Positions 47,956-61,915 of a stretch of 64,000 nucleotides of DNA are shown here, piece after piece (position 1 is the stretch's first letter; the number at the start of each line of letters is the position of its first letter). Source of the DNA: Squalus acanthias. Lineage: Eukaryota. The translations under genes were made by a program, and so were the position numbers. The stretch is from contig JASTWF010000350.1 of the NCBI GenBank assembly GCA_030390025.1, forward strand, positions 434,001 through 498,000, given 5' to 3'. The notes below the pieces were generated by a model. The model saw nothing but the letters and a program-made list of their open reading frames with translations. It did no database searches and was not told where the DNA came from.

Positions 47956-48729
47956 AGGTTGCCAACTCTGATTGGGCATATTCCTGGAGGTTTCATCACA
48001 GGACCACCCATCTCCAACCACCCAGCCCCCACACTCCCGCTATTGGTCGCCAAACACGCTTATCCTCCCAGTGCCCCACCCCCAAATTCCGCCATTGGTC
48101 GCCCGACACATCCATCCTCACAGTGTCCCGCCCCCACACTCCTGCCATTAGTCGCCCGACACGTCAATCCTCACGGTGTCCCGCCCCCACACTCCTGCCA
48201 TTGGTCGCCAGACACATCCATCCTTACGGTGCCCCACCCCACACTCTTGTCATAGGTCGCCTGACACGTCCATCCTTACGGTGCCCCGCCCCACACTCCT
48301 GTCAGTGGTCACCTGACACGTCCATCCTTACGGTGCCCCGACCCACACTCCTGTCATTGGTCACCTGACACGTCCATCCTTACAGTGCCCCGCCCCACAC
48401 TCCTGTCATAGGTCGCCTGACACGTCCATCCTTATGGTGCCCCGCCCCACACTCCTGTCATTGGTCACCTGACCAGTCCATCCTTACGGCGCAGCCCTGT
48501 CCCCACATGCGGATTGGAAAGAGATCTGACTATTTATTCCCCGATTGGATGATTCTTGCCTGTCAGTCAAACAACTTGTTTTCCCGTGTTCAAAGGAAAT
48601 GAAAAATAAACACTATTTTGTTTAATGCTCCCAATGATTTTTCTCCTGGGATTTTGCCCCCAGCTGTGTCTTGGAGATTAATCTTTAATTCCTGAAGACT
48701 CCAGGGCAATCCTGGAGGGTTGGCAACCC
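47956..48729. mobile_element. Non-autonomous hAT-like element with TIRs ggttgccaac / gttggcaacc and an internal tandem repeat of about 51 bp (48030-48490)
   Basis: Inverted termini and internal repeats visible; superfamily inferred from the TIR. Confidence 0.6.
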
Positions 48730-49011
48730 GAGTGCGTACCAACAAACAGAGCAATGGGCGAGATCACCCACATGGAACCCACTATCTCTTCACCCAAAGT
48801 GACAGATGATCCATTTTTGTCAGGTGACATCCCATTGTGCAGCCCAGCTAAATAATGGAAAAGAGACCCACCTCCAGCCTACACTGGGAGGGTCAGCCCG
48901 AATCTCTGCTCCCGAGGCCTACACTATTGAAGATAAAGCTATAGTGCCAGATAGGCATACTTCTAAAATTGATTCAATAGAACTAAATGTAGAAATCTTC
49001 TTATTTAGGAT

Positions 49012-52000
49012 AAAGGCACAGCTCCTTCTACACTGTCCTATCAAACACTCCCAAGTCAGGTACAGCACGGGTTAGATACAGAGTAAAGCTCCTTCTACAC
49101 TGTCCTATCAAACACTCCCAGGGCAGGTACAGCACGGGTTAGATACAGAGTAAAGCTCCCTCTACACTGCCCCATCAAACACTCCCAGGGCAGGTACAGC
49201 ACGGGTTAGATACAGAGTAAAGCTCCCTCTACACTGTCCCATCAAACACTCCCAGGGCAGGTACAGCACAGGTAAGATACAGAGTAAAGCTCCTTCTACA
49301 CTGTCCCATCAAACACTCCCAGGGCAGGTACAGCACGGGTTAGATACAGAGTAAAGCTCCCTCTACACTGTCCCATCAAACACTCCCAGGGCAGGTACAG
49401 CACGGGTTAGATACACAGTAAAACTCCCTCTACACTGTCCCATCAAACACTCCCAGGGCAGGTATAGCACGGGTTACATGCAAAGTAAAGCTCCCCCTAC
49501 CGGTGGGAGGCCAGTGTCAGGAGCGGAGAGAGCAACGGTGCAAGTGAGTATTTAAACTCACTTTCGCGGGCTTTTTTCAGAGGCCGGTGTCGGGAGTGGA
49601 GAGAGCGACGGTACAGTGAGTATTTAAACTCACTTTCGCGGGCTTTTTTCAGAGGCTTACCAATCTCGCAGACTGGCGGCAGTGTTCCAGAGCCACATCA
49701 CGATTCAAAAAGTGACGCGGGCAAGAGGAAGCAGCTGATTGGCTGAGTACAGCTAGGTGAGTATTTATACTACTCTATAGTTTGACAGTTAAGGTTGATA
49801 GTTTATAAAGTTTAGAAGGTCTTAATTTTGTGGTTATAGTTTCTAAGGTCTCAGTTGTGTAGCGGGGAGTGCTAGTAAACAGGGGCCCTTGACTATATCA
49901 TTTAATTGTAGTGTAATTTGTGGTATTGATTTGATTTAATTTAATTTAATTAAATGGTAATTCATGGCAGCACAGCTCGGCTCCGTGGCATGCTCCTCCT
50001 GCACTATGTGGGAAATCAGGGACACTTCCTGTGTCCCTGACGACCATGTATGCGGGAAGTGTATCCAGCTGCAGCTACTGGCAGACCGCATTGCGGCACT
50101 GGAGCTGCGAATGGATACATACTGGAGCATTCGCGATGCTGAGGACATCGTCGATATCACGTTTAATGAGTTGGTCAGACCGCAGGTAAAGGCTGCACAG
50201 GCAGGAAGGGAATGGGTGACCGCCAGGCAGAGTTGTAGGCACAGGCAGGTAGTGCAGGGGTCCCCTGTGGCCATTCCCCTCTCAAACAGATGTACCACTT
50301 TGGATATTGTTGAGGAGGATGAGCTCGAATGATAGGGGATTCTATTGTAAGGGGAATAAATAGGCGTTTCTGCGGCCGCAAACGAGACTCCAGGATGGTA
50401 TGTTGCCTCCCTGGTGCAAGGGTCAAGGATGTCTCGGAGCGGCTACAGGGCATTCTGGAGGGGGAGGGTGAACAGCCAGTGAAAAGCTGAATATAGGGAG
50501 TTAGGAGGTAAATTAAAAAATAGAACCTCAAAGGTAGTAATCTCAGGATTGCTACCAGTGCCACGTACTAGTTAGAGTAGAAACAGAAGAATATTTCAGA
50601 TGAATACTGGCTAGAGGAATGGTGCAAGGGGGTGGGATTCAAATTCCTGGGACATTCGAACCGGTTCTGGGGGAGGTGGGACCAGTACAAACTGGACGGT
50701 TTGCACCTGGGCAGGACCGGGACCGATGTCCTAGGGGGAGTGTTTGCTAGTGCTGTTGGGGAGGGTTTAAACTAAAATGGCAGGGGGTTGGGAACCTGTG
50801 CAGGGAGACAGAGGAAAGGGAAGCAAGGATAGAAGCAAAAGACAGGAAGGAGAAAAGCAAAAGTGGAAGTCAGAGAAATCAAGAGTGTAAATCAAACATG
50901 GCCACAGTAAACAATAATTCTAAAAGGTCTAAGAGTGTTAAAAAAACAAGCCCGAAGGCTTTGTGTCTTAATGCGAGGAGCATTTGTAATAAGGTGGATG
51001 AATTAGCTGCGCAAATAGATGTAAACGGATATGATATAATTGGGATTATGGAGACATGGCTCCAGGGTGACGAAGGCTGGTAATTTAACATCCAGGGGTA
51101 TTCAATATTCAGGAAGGACAGGCAAAAAGGTAAAGGAGGTGGGGTAGCATTGCTGGTTAAAGAGGAGATTAACACCATAGTAAGGAAGGATATTAGCGCT
51201 GATGATGTGGAATCTGTATGGGTAGAGCTGAGAAATAACAAGGGGCAGAAAACGTTAGTGGGAGTTGTATACAGACCCCCAAACAATAACGCTGAGGTTG
51301 GGGATGGCATTAAAAGGGAAATTAGAGATGCGTGCAATAAGGGCACAGCAGTTATCATGGGTGACTTTAATCTACATATAGATTGGGCTAACCAAATTAG
51401 TAACAATACTGTGGAAGAAGAATTCCTAGAGTGTATACGGGATGGTTTCCTGGACCAATATGTCGAGGAACCAACTAGAGATCAGGTCATCTTCGACTGG
51501 GTATTATGTAATGAGAAAGGATTAATTAGCAATCTTATTGTGCGAGGCCCCTTGGGGAGGAGCGATCATAATATGATAGAATTCTTCATTAAGATGGAGA
51601 GTGAAGTAGTAGTTGACTCAGAGATTCGGATACTGAATTTAAATAAAGGAAACTACGATGGTATGAGGCGCGAGTTGGCTAGGATGGATTGGGGAATGTT
51701 ACTTAAAGGGTTGACGGTGGATAGGCAATGGCAAACATTTAAAGATCGCATGGATGAACTACAGAATTTGTTCATCTCTGTTTGGCATAAAAATAAAACA
51801 AAAAAGCTGACTCAACCATGGCTAACAAGGGAAATTAGGGATAGCATAAGATCCAAGGAGAGGACATATAAATTGGCCAGAAAAAGCAGCAAACCTGAGG
51901 ATTGGGAGCAGTTTAGGATTCAGCAAGGGATGACAAAAGGATTAATTAAGAGGGGGAAAATAGAGTATGAGAGTAAGCTTTCAGGGAACATAAAAACTGA

Positions 52001-54603
52001 CTGTAAAAGCTTCTATAGATATGTGAAGAGAAAAAGATTGGTGAAGTCAAGCGTAGGTCCCTTGCAGTCAGAATCAGGGGAATTTATAATGGGCAACAAA
52101 GAAATGGCAGACCAATTAAATACATACTTTGGTTCTGTCTTCACAAAGGAGGACACAAATAAACTCCCAGAGATGTCGGGGAAGATAGGGTCTAATGAGA
52201 GGGAGGAACTGAATGAAATCAGCATTTGTAGGGAAATGGTAGGGAAATGTAGGGAAATTGATGGGATTGAAGGCCGATAAATCCCCAGGGCCTGATAATC
52301 TACATCCTAGGGTACTTAAGGAAGTGGCCCTAGAAATAGTAGATGCATTGCTGGTCATCTTCCAAAATTCTATAGACTCTGGAACAGTTCCCATGGATTG
52401 GAGGGTAGCTAATGTAACCTCACTATTTAAAAAAGGTGGTGGAGAGAAAATGGGGAATTATAGACCGGTAAGCCTGACATCGGTAGTGGGGAACATGCTA
52501 GAGTCCATTATAAAAGATGTAATAGCAGAGCACTTGGAAAACAGTGACAGGATCGGACAAAGTCAACATGGATTTACAAAAGGTAAATCATGCTTGACTA
52601 ATCTACTGGAATTTTTGAGGATGTAACTGGTAGAATAGATAAGGGAGAACCAGTGGATGTGGTGTATTTGGACTTTCAGAAGGCTTTCGATAAGGTCCCG
52701 CATAAGAGATTAGCGTGCAAATTTAAAGCACATGGGATTGGGGGTAAGGTACTGACTTGGATAGAAAACTGGCTGGCAGACAGGAAGCAAAGAGTTGGAA
52801 TAAACGGGTCTTTTTCCAAGTGGCAGGCAGTGACTAGTGGGGTACCACAGGGATCGGTGCTAGGACCCCAGTTATTCACAATATATATTAATGATCTAGA
52901 CGAGGGAACTAGATGTAATATCTCCAAATTTGCAGACGACACAAAGCTGGGTGGGCGTGTGTGCTGTGAGGAGGATGCAGAGAAACTCCAGTATGATTTG
53001 GACAGGTTGGGTGATTGCGCAGATGCAGTATAATGTGGATAAATGCGAGGTTATCCACTTTGGTGGCAAAAACAGGAAGGCAGATTATTATCTGAACGGC
53101 AATAGATTGGGAAAAGGGGAAGTGCAACGAGACCTGGGTGTCCTTGTGTACCAGTCGCTGAAGGTGAGCATGCAGGTGCAGCAGGCGGTTAAGAAGGCAA
53201 ATGGTATGTTGGCCTTCAGAGCGAGAGGATTCGAGTACAGGAGCAAGGACGTCTTGCTGCAGTTGTACAGTGCCTTGGTGAGACCACCCCTTGAGTATTG
53301 TGTGCAGTTTTGGTCGCCTTATCTGAGGAAGGATGTTCTTGCCATGGAGGGAGTGCAGCGAAGATTCACCAGACTGATACCTGGGATGGCAGGAATGACG
53401 TATGAAGAGAGATTGGGTCGATTAGGTTTATATTCGCTAGAGTTTTGAAGAATGAGAGGGGATCTCATTGAAACTCATAAAATTCTAACAGGACTAGACA
53501 GACTAGATGCAGGAAGGCTGTTCCCGATGGCGGGGGAGTCCAGAACCTGGGGTCACAGTCTAAGGATAAGGGGTAAGCCATTTAGGACTGAGATGAGGAG
53601 GAATTTCTTCACCCAGAGAGTGGTGAACCTGTGGAATTCTCTACCACAGAAGGCAGTTGAGGCCAATTCATTAAATATATTCAAGAAGGAGTTAGATATA
53701 TTTCTTAAGGCTAAGGGGATCAAGGGATATGGGGAGAAAGCAGGGACAGGGTACTGAATTTGGATGATCAGCCATGATCGCATTGAATGGCGGAGCAGGC
53801 TCAAGGGGCCAAATGGCCTACTCCTGCTCTTATCTTCTATGTTTCTACACTGTCCCATCAAACACTCCCAGAGCAGGTACAGCACGGGTTAGACACAGAG
53901 TAAAGCTCCCACTACACTGTACCATCAAACATTCCCAGAGCAGGTACAACATGGGCTGGATACAGAGTCAAGCTCCCACGACACTGTCTCATCAAACAGT
54001 CCCAGGGCAGGTACAGTTCAGGTTAGATACAGAGTAAAGCTCCCTCTACACTGTCCCATCAAACACTCCCAGGGCAGGTACAGCACGGGTTAGATACAGA
54101 GGAAAGCTCCCTCTACACTGTCCCATCAAACACTCCAGGGGCAGGTACAGCACAGGTTGGATATAGAGTAATGCTCCCTCTACACTGTCTCATCAAACAG
54201 TCCCAGGGCAGGTACAGTTCAGGTTAGATACAGAGTAAAGCTCCCTCTACACTGTCCCATCAAACACTCCCAGGGCAGGTAGAGCATGCGTTAGATACAG
54301 AGTAAAGCTCCCTCTACACTGACCCATCAAACACTCCCAGGGCAGGTACAGCACAGGTTAGATTCAGAGTAAAGCTCCCTCTACACTGTCCCATCAAACA
54401 CTCCCAGGGCAGGTACAGCACGGGTAAGATACAGAGTAAAGCTCCCTCTACACTGTCCCATCAAACACTCCCAGGGCAGGTACAGCACGGGTTAGATACA
54501 GAGTAAAGCTCCATCTACACTGTCCCATCAAACACTCCCAGGGCAGGTACAGCACGGGTTAGATACAGAGTAAAGCTCCCTCTACACTGTCCCATCAAAC
54601 ACT
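49012..54603. repeat. 67-bp tandem array (49012-49500 and 53845-54603) split by a CR1
   Basis: Unit gggcaggtacagcacgggttagatacagagtaaagctccctctacactgtcccatcaaacactccca. Confidence 0.95.
49501..53844 (+). mobile_element. Near full-length CR1 LINE (ORF1 from 49964 with deletions; ORF2 about 50777-53757 disrupted), TSD CTAC
   Basis: CSSC..CGKC ORF1, APE and RT motifs (QGSVLGP, KFADD), 3' UTR; CTAC at 49497-49500 and 53845-53848. Confidence 0.93.
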
Positions 54604-54665
54604 TGATATGATGTTACTGCATTTGCAGAGTGCTGGAAGTGCACAGTGTTCTATTCCAAACACTA

Positions 54666-55079
<414 letters not shown>

Positions 55080-55114
55080 TCACATCTATCTCAATCAGCA
55101 GAACAGTCCTTTTT

Positions 55115-55350
55115 TCATAGAATCATGGAGCCCATCGTGCCTGTGCCGGCTCTTTGAACGAGCGATCCAATTCGTCCCACTCCCTGGCACTGTCCCCTTT
55201 GGCACTGCAAATGTTTATTTTTCAAGTATTTATCCAATTTAATTTTGAAAGTTACTATTGAATCTGCTTCCACCACCCTTGCAGGCAGTGCATTCCAGAT
55301 CACAACAACTCGCTGTGTAAAAAAAATATTCTCCTTGTCTCCCCCTGGCT
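55115..55350 (-). mobile_element. CR1 3' fragment
   Basis: IWNALPARVVEADSIVTFKIKLDKYL. Confidence 0.8.
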
Positions 55351-55877
55351 TTTTTTGCCAATTATCTTAAGTTCTTTGTTTTTTTTCTATGCGAAGTTCA
55401 GCTGTTGCATAAATGCGGTGGTAGAATGTGATCGGACTCAGTGAAGTCCCATGGGATGATAGGGTTGCTGGTTAAATTCCCACCGGATGAACAGTACCCA
55501 GCACAGCAAGCATGACTCAGAGGGAGGGAGGTGGGAGGGAGGGAGGAAGACATGCACTCCATGCATCTGGACTATGCATTTTGCCCTCATTAAAGAAACA
55601 GTTTCTCTTATTTCCGTTCTCTTTACACGGATCCGCGCCTCCAATTTAATTTCTCAGCCCTGTCCAAATGTTGCAATATCATAGGGTCCATCCATCATTC
55701 AGCTCTCAACTCATACACGGAGAGTGAAGTCTGTGTGGAGCAAGTTCCTGACCTGTTGGAGTTGCCAGTGATGTGTTGAGCAGTGCTGGTCCTTGGAAAC
55801 CCTCCACCACAGGCTCTCCGCAACGCCGGAACCCCAGGCTGGCCAGTGTAGGCAGTGCACAGTATTCAGTGAAGGGC

Positions 55878-56996
55878 ATGAGTGTGAGTGTATGTCAGTG
55901 TGTGTGTGTCTGTGAGAGAGTGAGAGTGTGTGTATGAGTGAGTGTGTGAGTGTGTGTTTGTGTGTGTGTGTCTGAGTGTGTATGTGTGTTTGTGTGTGTG
56001 TGAGAGTGTGTGTTTGTGTCTGAGAGTGCATGGGTGTGTCTGAGTGTGTAAGTGTGTGTTTGTGTGTTTAAGTGTGAGTGTGTGTCTGAGTGTGTGTTTG
56101 TTGTGTGTGTGAGTGTGTTTGTGTCTGAGAGTGTATGAGTGTTTGTGTGTGTCTGAGTGTGTGTTTGTGTCTGAGTGTTTGAGTTTGTGTGTGTGTCTGA
56201 GTGTGTGTGTGTTTGTGTGTGTATCTGAGTGTGTGCATGTGAGTGTGTATGTGTGTTTGTGTGTGAGTGTCTGAGTGTGTGTTTATGTCTGAGAGTGTGT
56301 GTGTGTTTGTATCTGAGTGTGTGCGTGTGTGAGTGTGTATGTGTGTTTGTGTGTGTGAGAGTGTGTGTTTGTGTCTGAGAGTGTGAGTGTGTCTGAGTGT
56401 AGTGAGTGTGTGTTTCTGTGTGTGTGTGAGTGTGTGTTTGTGTCTGAGAGTGTGTGTGTGTTTGTCTGAGTGTGTGTTTGTGTGTATGTGTTTGTGTGTG
56501 AGTGTGTGTGTGTGAGTGCGTGTGTGCATATCTTTGTGTGCGTGTGTTTGTGTGTGTTTGTGAGTGTGCATGTGTGTATGTGTTGGTGTGTGTAAGTGTG
56601 TGAGTGTGTCTTTGTTTGTATGCATGTGTGTCTGAGTGTGTGTGTGTGTGTGTGTGTCTTTGTGTGTGAGTGTGTGTTTGTTTGTATGTGTGTGTGTCTG
56701 AGTGTGTGAGTGTGTGTTTGTGTGTGAGTGTGTCTGAGTGTGTGTGTGAGTGTGTCTGAGTGTGTGTGTGCGTGTCTGTCTGAGTGTGTGTGTGTCTGAG
56801 TGTGTGTGTGTGTCTGAGTGTGTGAGTGTGTGTGAGTGTGTTTGAGTGTGTGTGTGTCTGAGTGTGTGCGTGTCTGAGTGTGTGCGTGTCTGAGTGTGTG
56901 TGTGTCTGAGTGTGTGAGTGTGTGTGAGTGTGTTTGAGTGTGTCTGAGTGTGTGTGAGTGTGTGAGAGTGTGTGAGAGTGTGTGAGTGTGTGTGAG
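55878..56996. repeat. Degenerate (TG)n tract, CA/UCAC-rich on the sense strand, between the two EF-hand exons
   Basis: Direct observation. Confidence 0.95.
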
Positions 56997-57344
56997 CTGA
57001 GAGCCTCCTTCAATAGAGAAAAACAGCAACACTCAGGAGAAGCAGGCTGGCCTCCAGGAATAAAAAGTGGGCACATTTTGTGCCCCATGCAGGCATGGCC
57101 TGGTGCCCCTGGCAGCCAAAGCAGGGCACTGGGACCAAGGCAAATACCCACCCACGTCAGGAGGTGGCTCCTGGGAATGTTGAGATGGCCTCAGTCTGCA
57201 GATTAAATCTATTCAGAGAGCGAGGTGCAGTGTAAAGAGCGGACCGGCAGCAGCCAAGCCGAGATTCTGTCTCTTTAAAGGAAGCCCGTCATTCCTCAGC
57301 CAGAGAGGGGCAACCACTGGCCGGTAAGTCAATATGAAGCAAAC

Positions 57345-57441
57345 CTTCCAGGCCACCCTACAAGGGCACTTCCTCCCCAGTCCCAGGGGGGGCGCGATCG
57401 CACACACTATCGTGTACATGTCCTTATAGTGAATCCTTCCG
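57345..57441 (-). CDS. CACNA1E: EF-hand exon, 37a type ([33 protein letters not shown]), 97 nt, mutually exclusive alternative
   Basis: tttgtag|C..AAG|gtttg; same length and phase as 54921-55017; RIHYKDMY is the e37a signature of Cav2.1/Cav2.2. Confidence 0.88.
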
Positions 57442-58261
57442 CTACAAAGAAAGCACATTCGGTTAGACAATAACAACAGTCGGAGAGCACACAGTTACCA
57501 TCGCTCAGCAAGAAGACAGTTCAGCGCCACTTCCGCGGATGAAGACCAGAGGCTGGACCTGGTCTTCCTCTGCTTCAGGTCGTGCTGCCAATTGGCCAAA
57601 TGCCATGTGTCGGGGCCCAAGGCATTGACTGGCAGTAAAAACCACACAGGTGGTTAAACAGAGCAAGAAGTATCTGGCACATGGACTGCAGGGTATAACC
57701 AAGAGTTTATAATCTCTTGTCTTTGCCATCCTTTAATCTCTTTACAACAGGTCTCTTGACTGCAAGGTCCACAAGCTTTCACTTCCTGGAGAGCATTGAA
57801 GGATGGTCTATCGCAGCATTCATCGTGACTGTGAAAGCCCTCAAGGTAAGCTGCAGGCCATTAGTTTTAATACAGGACATTCAGTCCTGCAATAGCTGCT
57901 GGGAGAACAAGCTTCTATAGCATTGTCTTGCTTTCTCTCACCCTCCAGTGGAACGCTTGGAGTTAATGTACCACACCATTCTCTGGCCTCAAGTTTAGCA
58001 CAGAACAACTGTGAGTGATTGTCACATCTGATGATGAGTTATCTCGATCTCAATGTCTAGTATGCACTGGATAAAAGGGAGCAATTCACTCGTTTCCAGT
58101 ACAGTATGCCTGATGTGTGTCTGTCTCAGTTTCAGCTCCTGTACAGTATGCACTGGGTAGAATCAAGTTCATACCAAAGATAAGCTTTCAAATCTGGCAC
58201 AAAATTGGCATTAATGGCTCAGACCTGCTGGTAGATCACTGGTATTTTGGAACTCAAAGGC

Positions 58262-59309
58262 ACCAGTCAGAGTACAGATGACTCCCTCAGAGAGGGGACT
58301 GAGAGATACCAGTCAGTGTACAGATACCTCCCTGAGGACGAGAGACTGAGAGACCCCAGTCAGTGTACAGATATCTTCCTGAGGACGAGAGACTGAGAGA
58401 CCCCAGTCAGTGTACAGATATCTTCCTGAGGACGAGAGACTGAGAGACCCCAGTCAGTGTACAGGCATCTCCCTGAGAGAGGGACTGAGAGACAGCAGTG
58501 AGTGTACAGATATTTCCCTGAGGGAGAGGGACTGAGACACACTAGTCAATGTATAGATATCTCCCTGAGGGAGAGGGACTGAGAGACACCAGTCAGTATA
58601 CAGATATTTCCCTGAGGGAGAGGGACTGAGCGACATCAGTCGGTATACAGATATCTCCCTGAGGGAGAGGGACTGAGAGACCACTCAGTGTACAGATATC
58701 TCCCTGAGAGAGGGACTGAAAAACAACAGTCAGTGTACAGGTATCTCCCTGAGGGAGAGGGACTGAGAGACCCCACTCAGTGTACAGATATCTCCCTGAG
58801 GGAGAGGGGACTGAGAGACCCCAGTCAGTGTACAGATATCTCCCAGAGGGAGAGGGACTGAGAGACCCCAGTCAGTTTACGGATATCTCCCTGAGGGAGA
58901 GGGACTGAGAGACCCCACTCAGTGTACAGATATCTCCCTGAGAGAGGGACTGAAAAACAACAGTCAGTGTACAGGTATCTCCCTGCGGGAGAGGGGACTG
59001 AGACACACCAGTCAGTGGATAGATATTTCCCTGAGGGAGAGGGGACTGAGAGGCTCCAGTCAGTTTACGGATATCTCCCTGAGGGAGAGGGGACTGAGAG
59101 GCCCCAGTCAGTGTACAGATATCTCCCTGAGGGAGAGGGACTGAGAGACCCCAGTCAGTTTACAGATATCTCCCTGAGGGAGAGGGGACTGAGAGACCCC
59201 AGTCAGTGTACAGATATCTCCCTGAGGGAGAGGGACTGAAAAACACCAGTCAGTGTACAGATATCTCCCTGAGGGAGAGGGACTGAGAGACCCCAGTCAG
59301 TGTACAGAT
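58262..59309. repeat. 45-48-bp minisatellite related to the 43-bp array (cagtcagtgtacagatatctccctgagggagagggactgagagacc)
   Basis: Shares the core cagtcagtgtacagatatctccctgag. Confidence 0.93.
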
Positions 59310-59592
59310 TCCTAACTTTGTGTCAGATGAATCAGTTGCCCCTTTATATACAGACTTTAGGCTAAATTCCACTCCCTGTGGTGTGATGCAGGGGCCAGGT
59401 GTCAGGGAATCGAGGCAGTAGGCCTCTTGTCCTCTCAGTGTGTGGCTTCCCTTTTCTATCTCGTGAAGAATGTTTGCCTCATTGCTTGGATCAGGTGAAC
59501 CGCAGCATCCCATAATATTGCAGCTCCGTACTTCTGGAGAATAAATACAGGTAGTTTGTAAGCAGTTCCCTCGTCCAGGGCTGGGGCACCTA

Positions 59593-59745
<153 letters not shown>

Positions 59746-60149
59746 TTAGAAACGAGGGCAGAGCCGTCTCAAGCTAAACACCTGCTGCTTGTCCTCAGGA
59801 CCATCAACAAACAGCAAGAGCTGCAACGCACCCTGGCCCAGCGCGACGGGGGTACACCTGACACCACCTCTCGACCCGCTGTACTCCTCGACAGCTGAGA
59901 GACCTCAGAGCCCCTTCAGGACGCTCCGCACCAACTCGAGCTCAGGAGAGGAGGCAGGCGGGGCCTGGCAGTGTAGCTGCGGTGGTGGTGTGTACAGGGG
60001 CACTGGTTTGGCCCCAGCTGGTCGATGGTGTACAACTCTTGTCACTGTACTGCAGTGGGACTGCAGCTCTGACCTGCTCAGGTGCAGACAGAGCAAGTAA
60101 CCCGGCACCAGAGATTAGGGGAATGTGGTTTGAGGGGACACTAACAAAA

Positions 60150-60585
60150 TAAAGACTTGCATTTCTATAGCACCTTTCACGACCTCAGGACTCTCAGCCA
60201 ATGAGGTACTTTTGAAGTGTACTCACTGTTGTAATGTAGGAAACGCGGCAGCCAAATTTTGCACAGCAGGCTCCCACAAACAGCAATGTGATAATGATCA
60301 GATAATCTGTTTTTAATAATGTTGGTTGAGGGATAATTATTGGCCAGGACACCAGGGATAACTCCCCTGCTCTTCTTTGAAATAGTGCCATGGGATCTTT
60401 TACATCCACCTGAGAGAGATGGTTTAACATTTCACCGAAAGACAGCATCTCCGACAGTGCAGCACTCCCTCAGTACTGCACTGGAGTGTCAGCCTAGATT
60501 TTGCGCTCAATTCTTTGGAGTGGGAGTTGAACCCATGACTTTCTGACTCAAAGATGAGAGTGCTACCCACTGAGCCACAGCTAAC
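60150..60585 (-). mobile_element. Deu-domain SINE
   Basis: Same family as the other four copies. Confidence 0.8.
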
Positions 60586-60777
60586 CTGAAGAAAGCTGGA
60601 ACTGTTTACACCAAAGAAAGGGAGGGTCGGGGAGACCTGAGTGAGGGTATCAAGAATTTGAATGTGCGTGGAAAGGGGCTTGGCTGGTTAGAGAATAATT
60701 CTAATGATTAAAAATGACCGAACTCTTGTATCGAGCACTTCCCGGTGACATCTGAAGGTTCCAAGATTGCCACTTAC

Positions 60778-60919
60778 GAGGAACGAGCAGAGGAATATGA
60801 AGGAAACGAAGTAGAAATAAGCGAAATCGGTGCCACAGCTGGGCTGACTGGTCCCCTCGCATTTCTTCTCACTCAGGCAGGCCAGCATGATCTCCTGCCA
60901 CGACTCCCCCGTTGCACTC
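60778..60919 (-). CDS. CACNA1E: Cav2 domain IV pore loop and S6 exon ([47 protein letters not shown]), 142 nt
   Basis: ctgcag|G..CTC|gtaagt; contains the selectivity-filter glutamate (TGE). Confidence 0.96.
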
Positions 60920-60949
60920 CTGCAGCAAGCACACAGCCTCCGTCAGTAT

Positions 60950-61915
60950 GGGGAGAAACACTGGGCACTGGGGCAAGACGCTGGTATTGGGGAAAACACT
61001 GGGTATTGGGGAAAACACTGGGTATTGGGGAAAACACTGGGTATTGGGGAAAACACTGGGTATTGGGGAAAACACTGGGTATTGGGGGAAAACACTGGGT
61101 ATTGGGGAAAACACTGGGTATTGGGAAAACACTGGGTATTGGGGGAAAACACTGGGTATTGGGGAAAAACACTGGGTATTGGGGGAACACTGGGTATTGG
61201 GGGAAAACACTGGGTATTGGGGAAAAACACTGGGTATTGGGGAAAACACTGGGTATTGGGGAAAACACTGGGTATTGGGGAAAACACTGGGTATTGGGGA
61301 AAACACTGGGTATTGGGGAAAACACTGGGTATTGGGGAAACACTGGGTATTGGGGAAAAACACTGGGTATTGGGGAAACACTGGGTATTGGGGAAAACAC
61401 TGGGTATTGGGGAAAAACACTGGGTATTGGGGAAAAACACTGGGTATTGGGGAAAACACTGGGTATTGGGGAAAAACACTGGGTATTGGGGAAAAACACT
61501 GGGTATTGGGGAAAAACACTGGGTATTGGGGAAAACACTGGGTATTGGGGAAAACACTGGGTATTGGGGAAACACTGGGTATTGGGGAAAACACTGGGTA
61601 TTGGGGAAAACACTGGGTATTGGGGAAAACACTGGGTATTGGGGAAAACACTGGTATTGGGGAAAACACTGGGTATTGGGGAAAACACTGGGTATTGGGG
61701 GAAACACTGGGTATTGGGGAAAACACTGGGTATTGGGGAAAACACTGGGTATTGGGGAAAACACTGGGTATTGGGGGAAACACTGGGTATTGGGGAAACA
61801 CTGGGTATTGGGGAAAACACTGGGTATTGGGGAAAACACTGGGTATTGGGGAAAACACTGGGTATTGGGGAAAACACTGGGTATTGGGGAAAACACTGGG
61901 TATTGGGGAAAACAT
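60950..61915. repeat. 19-bp minisatellite (gggtattggggaaaacact), about 50 copies
   Basis: Direct observation; open in all six frames. Confidence 0.96.

Noticed and set aside
55895..57151. His/Thr-rich 418-aa ORF
   Set aside because: Translation of a (CA)n microsatellite.
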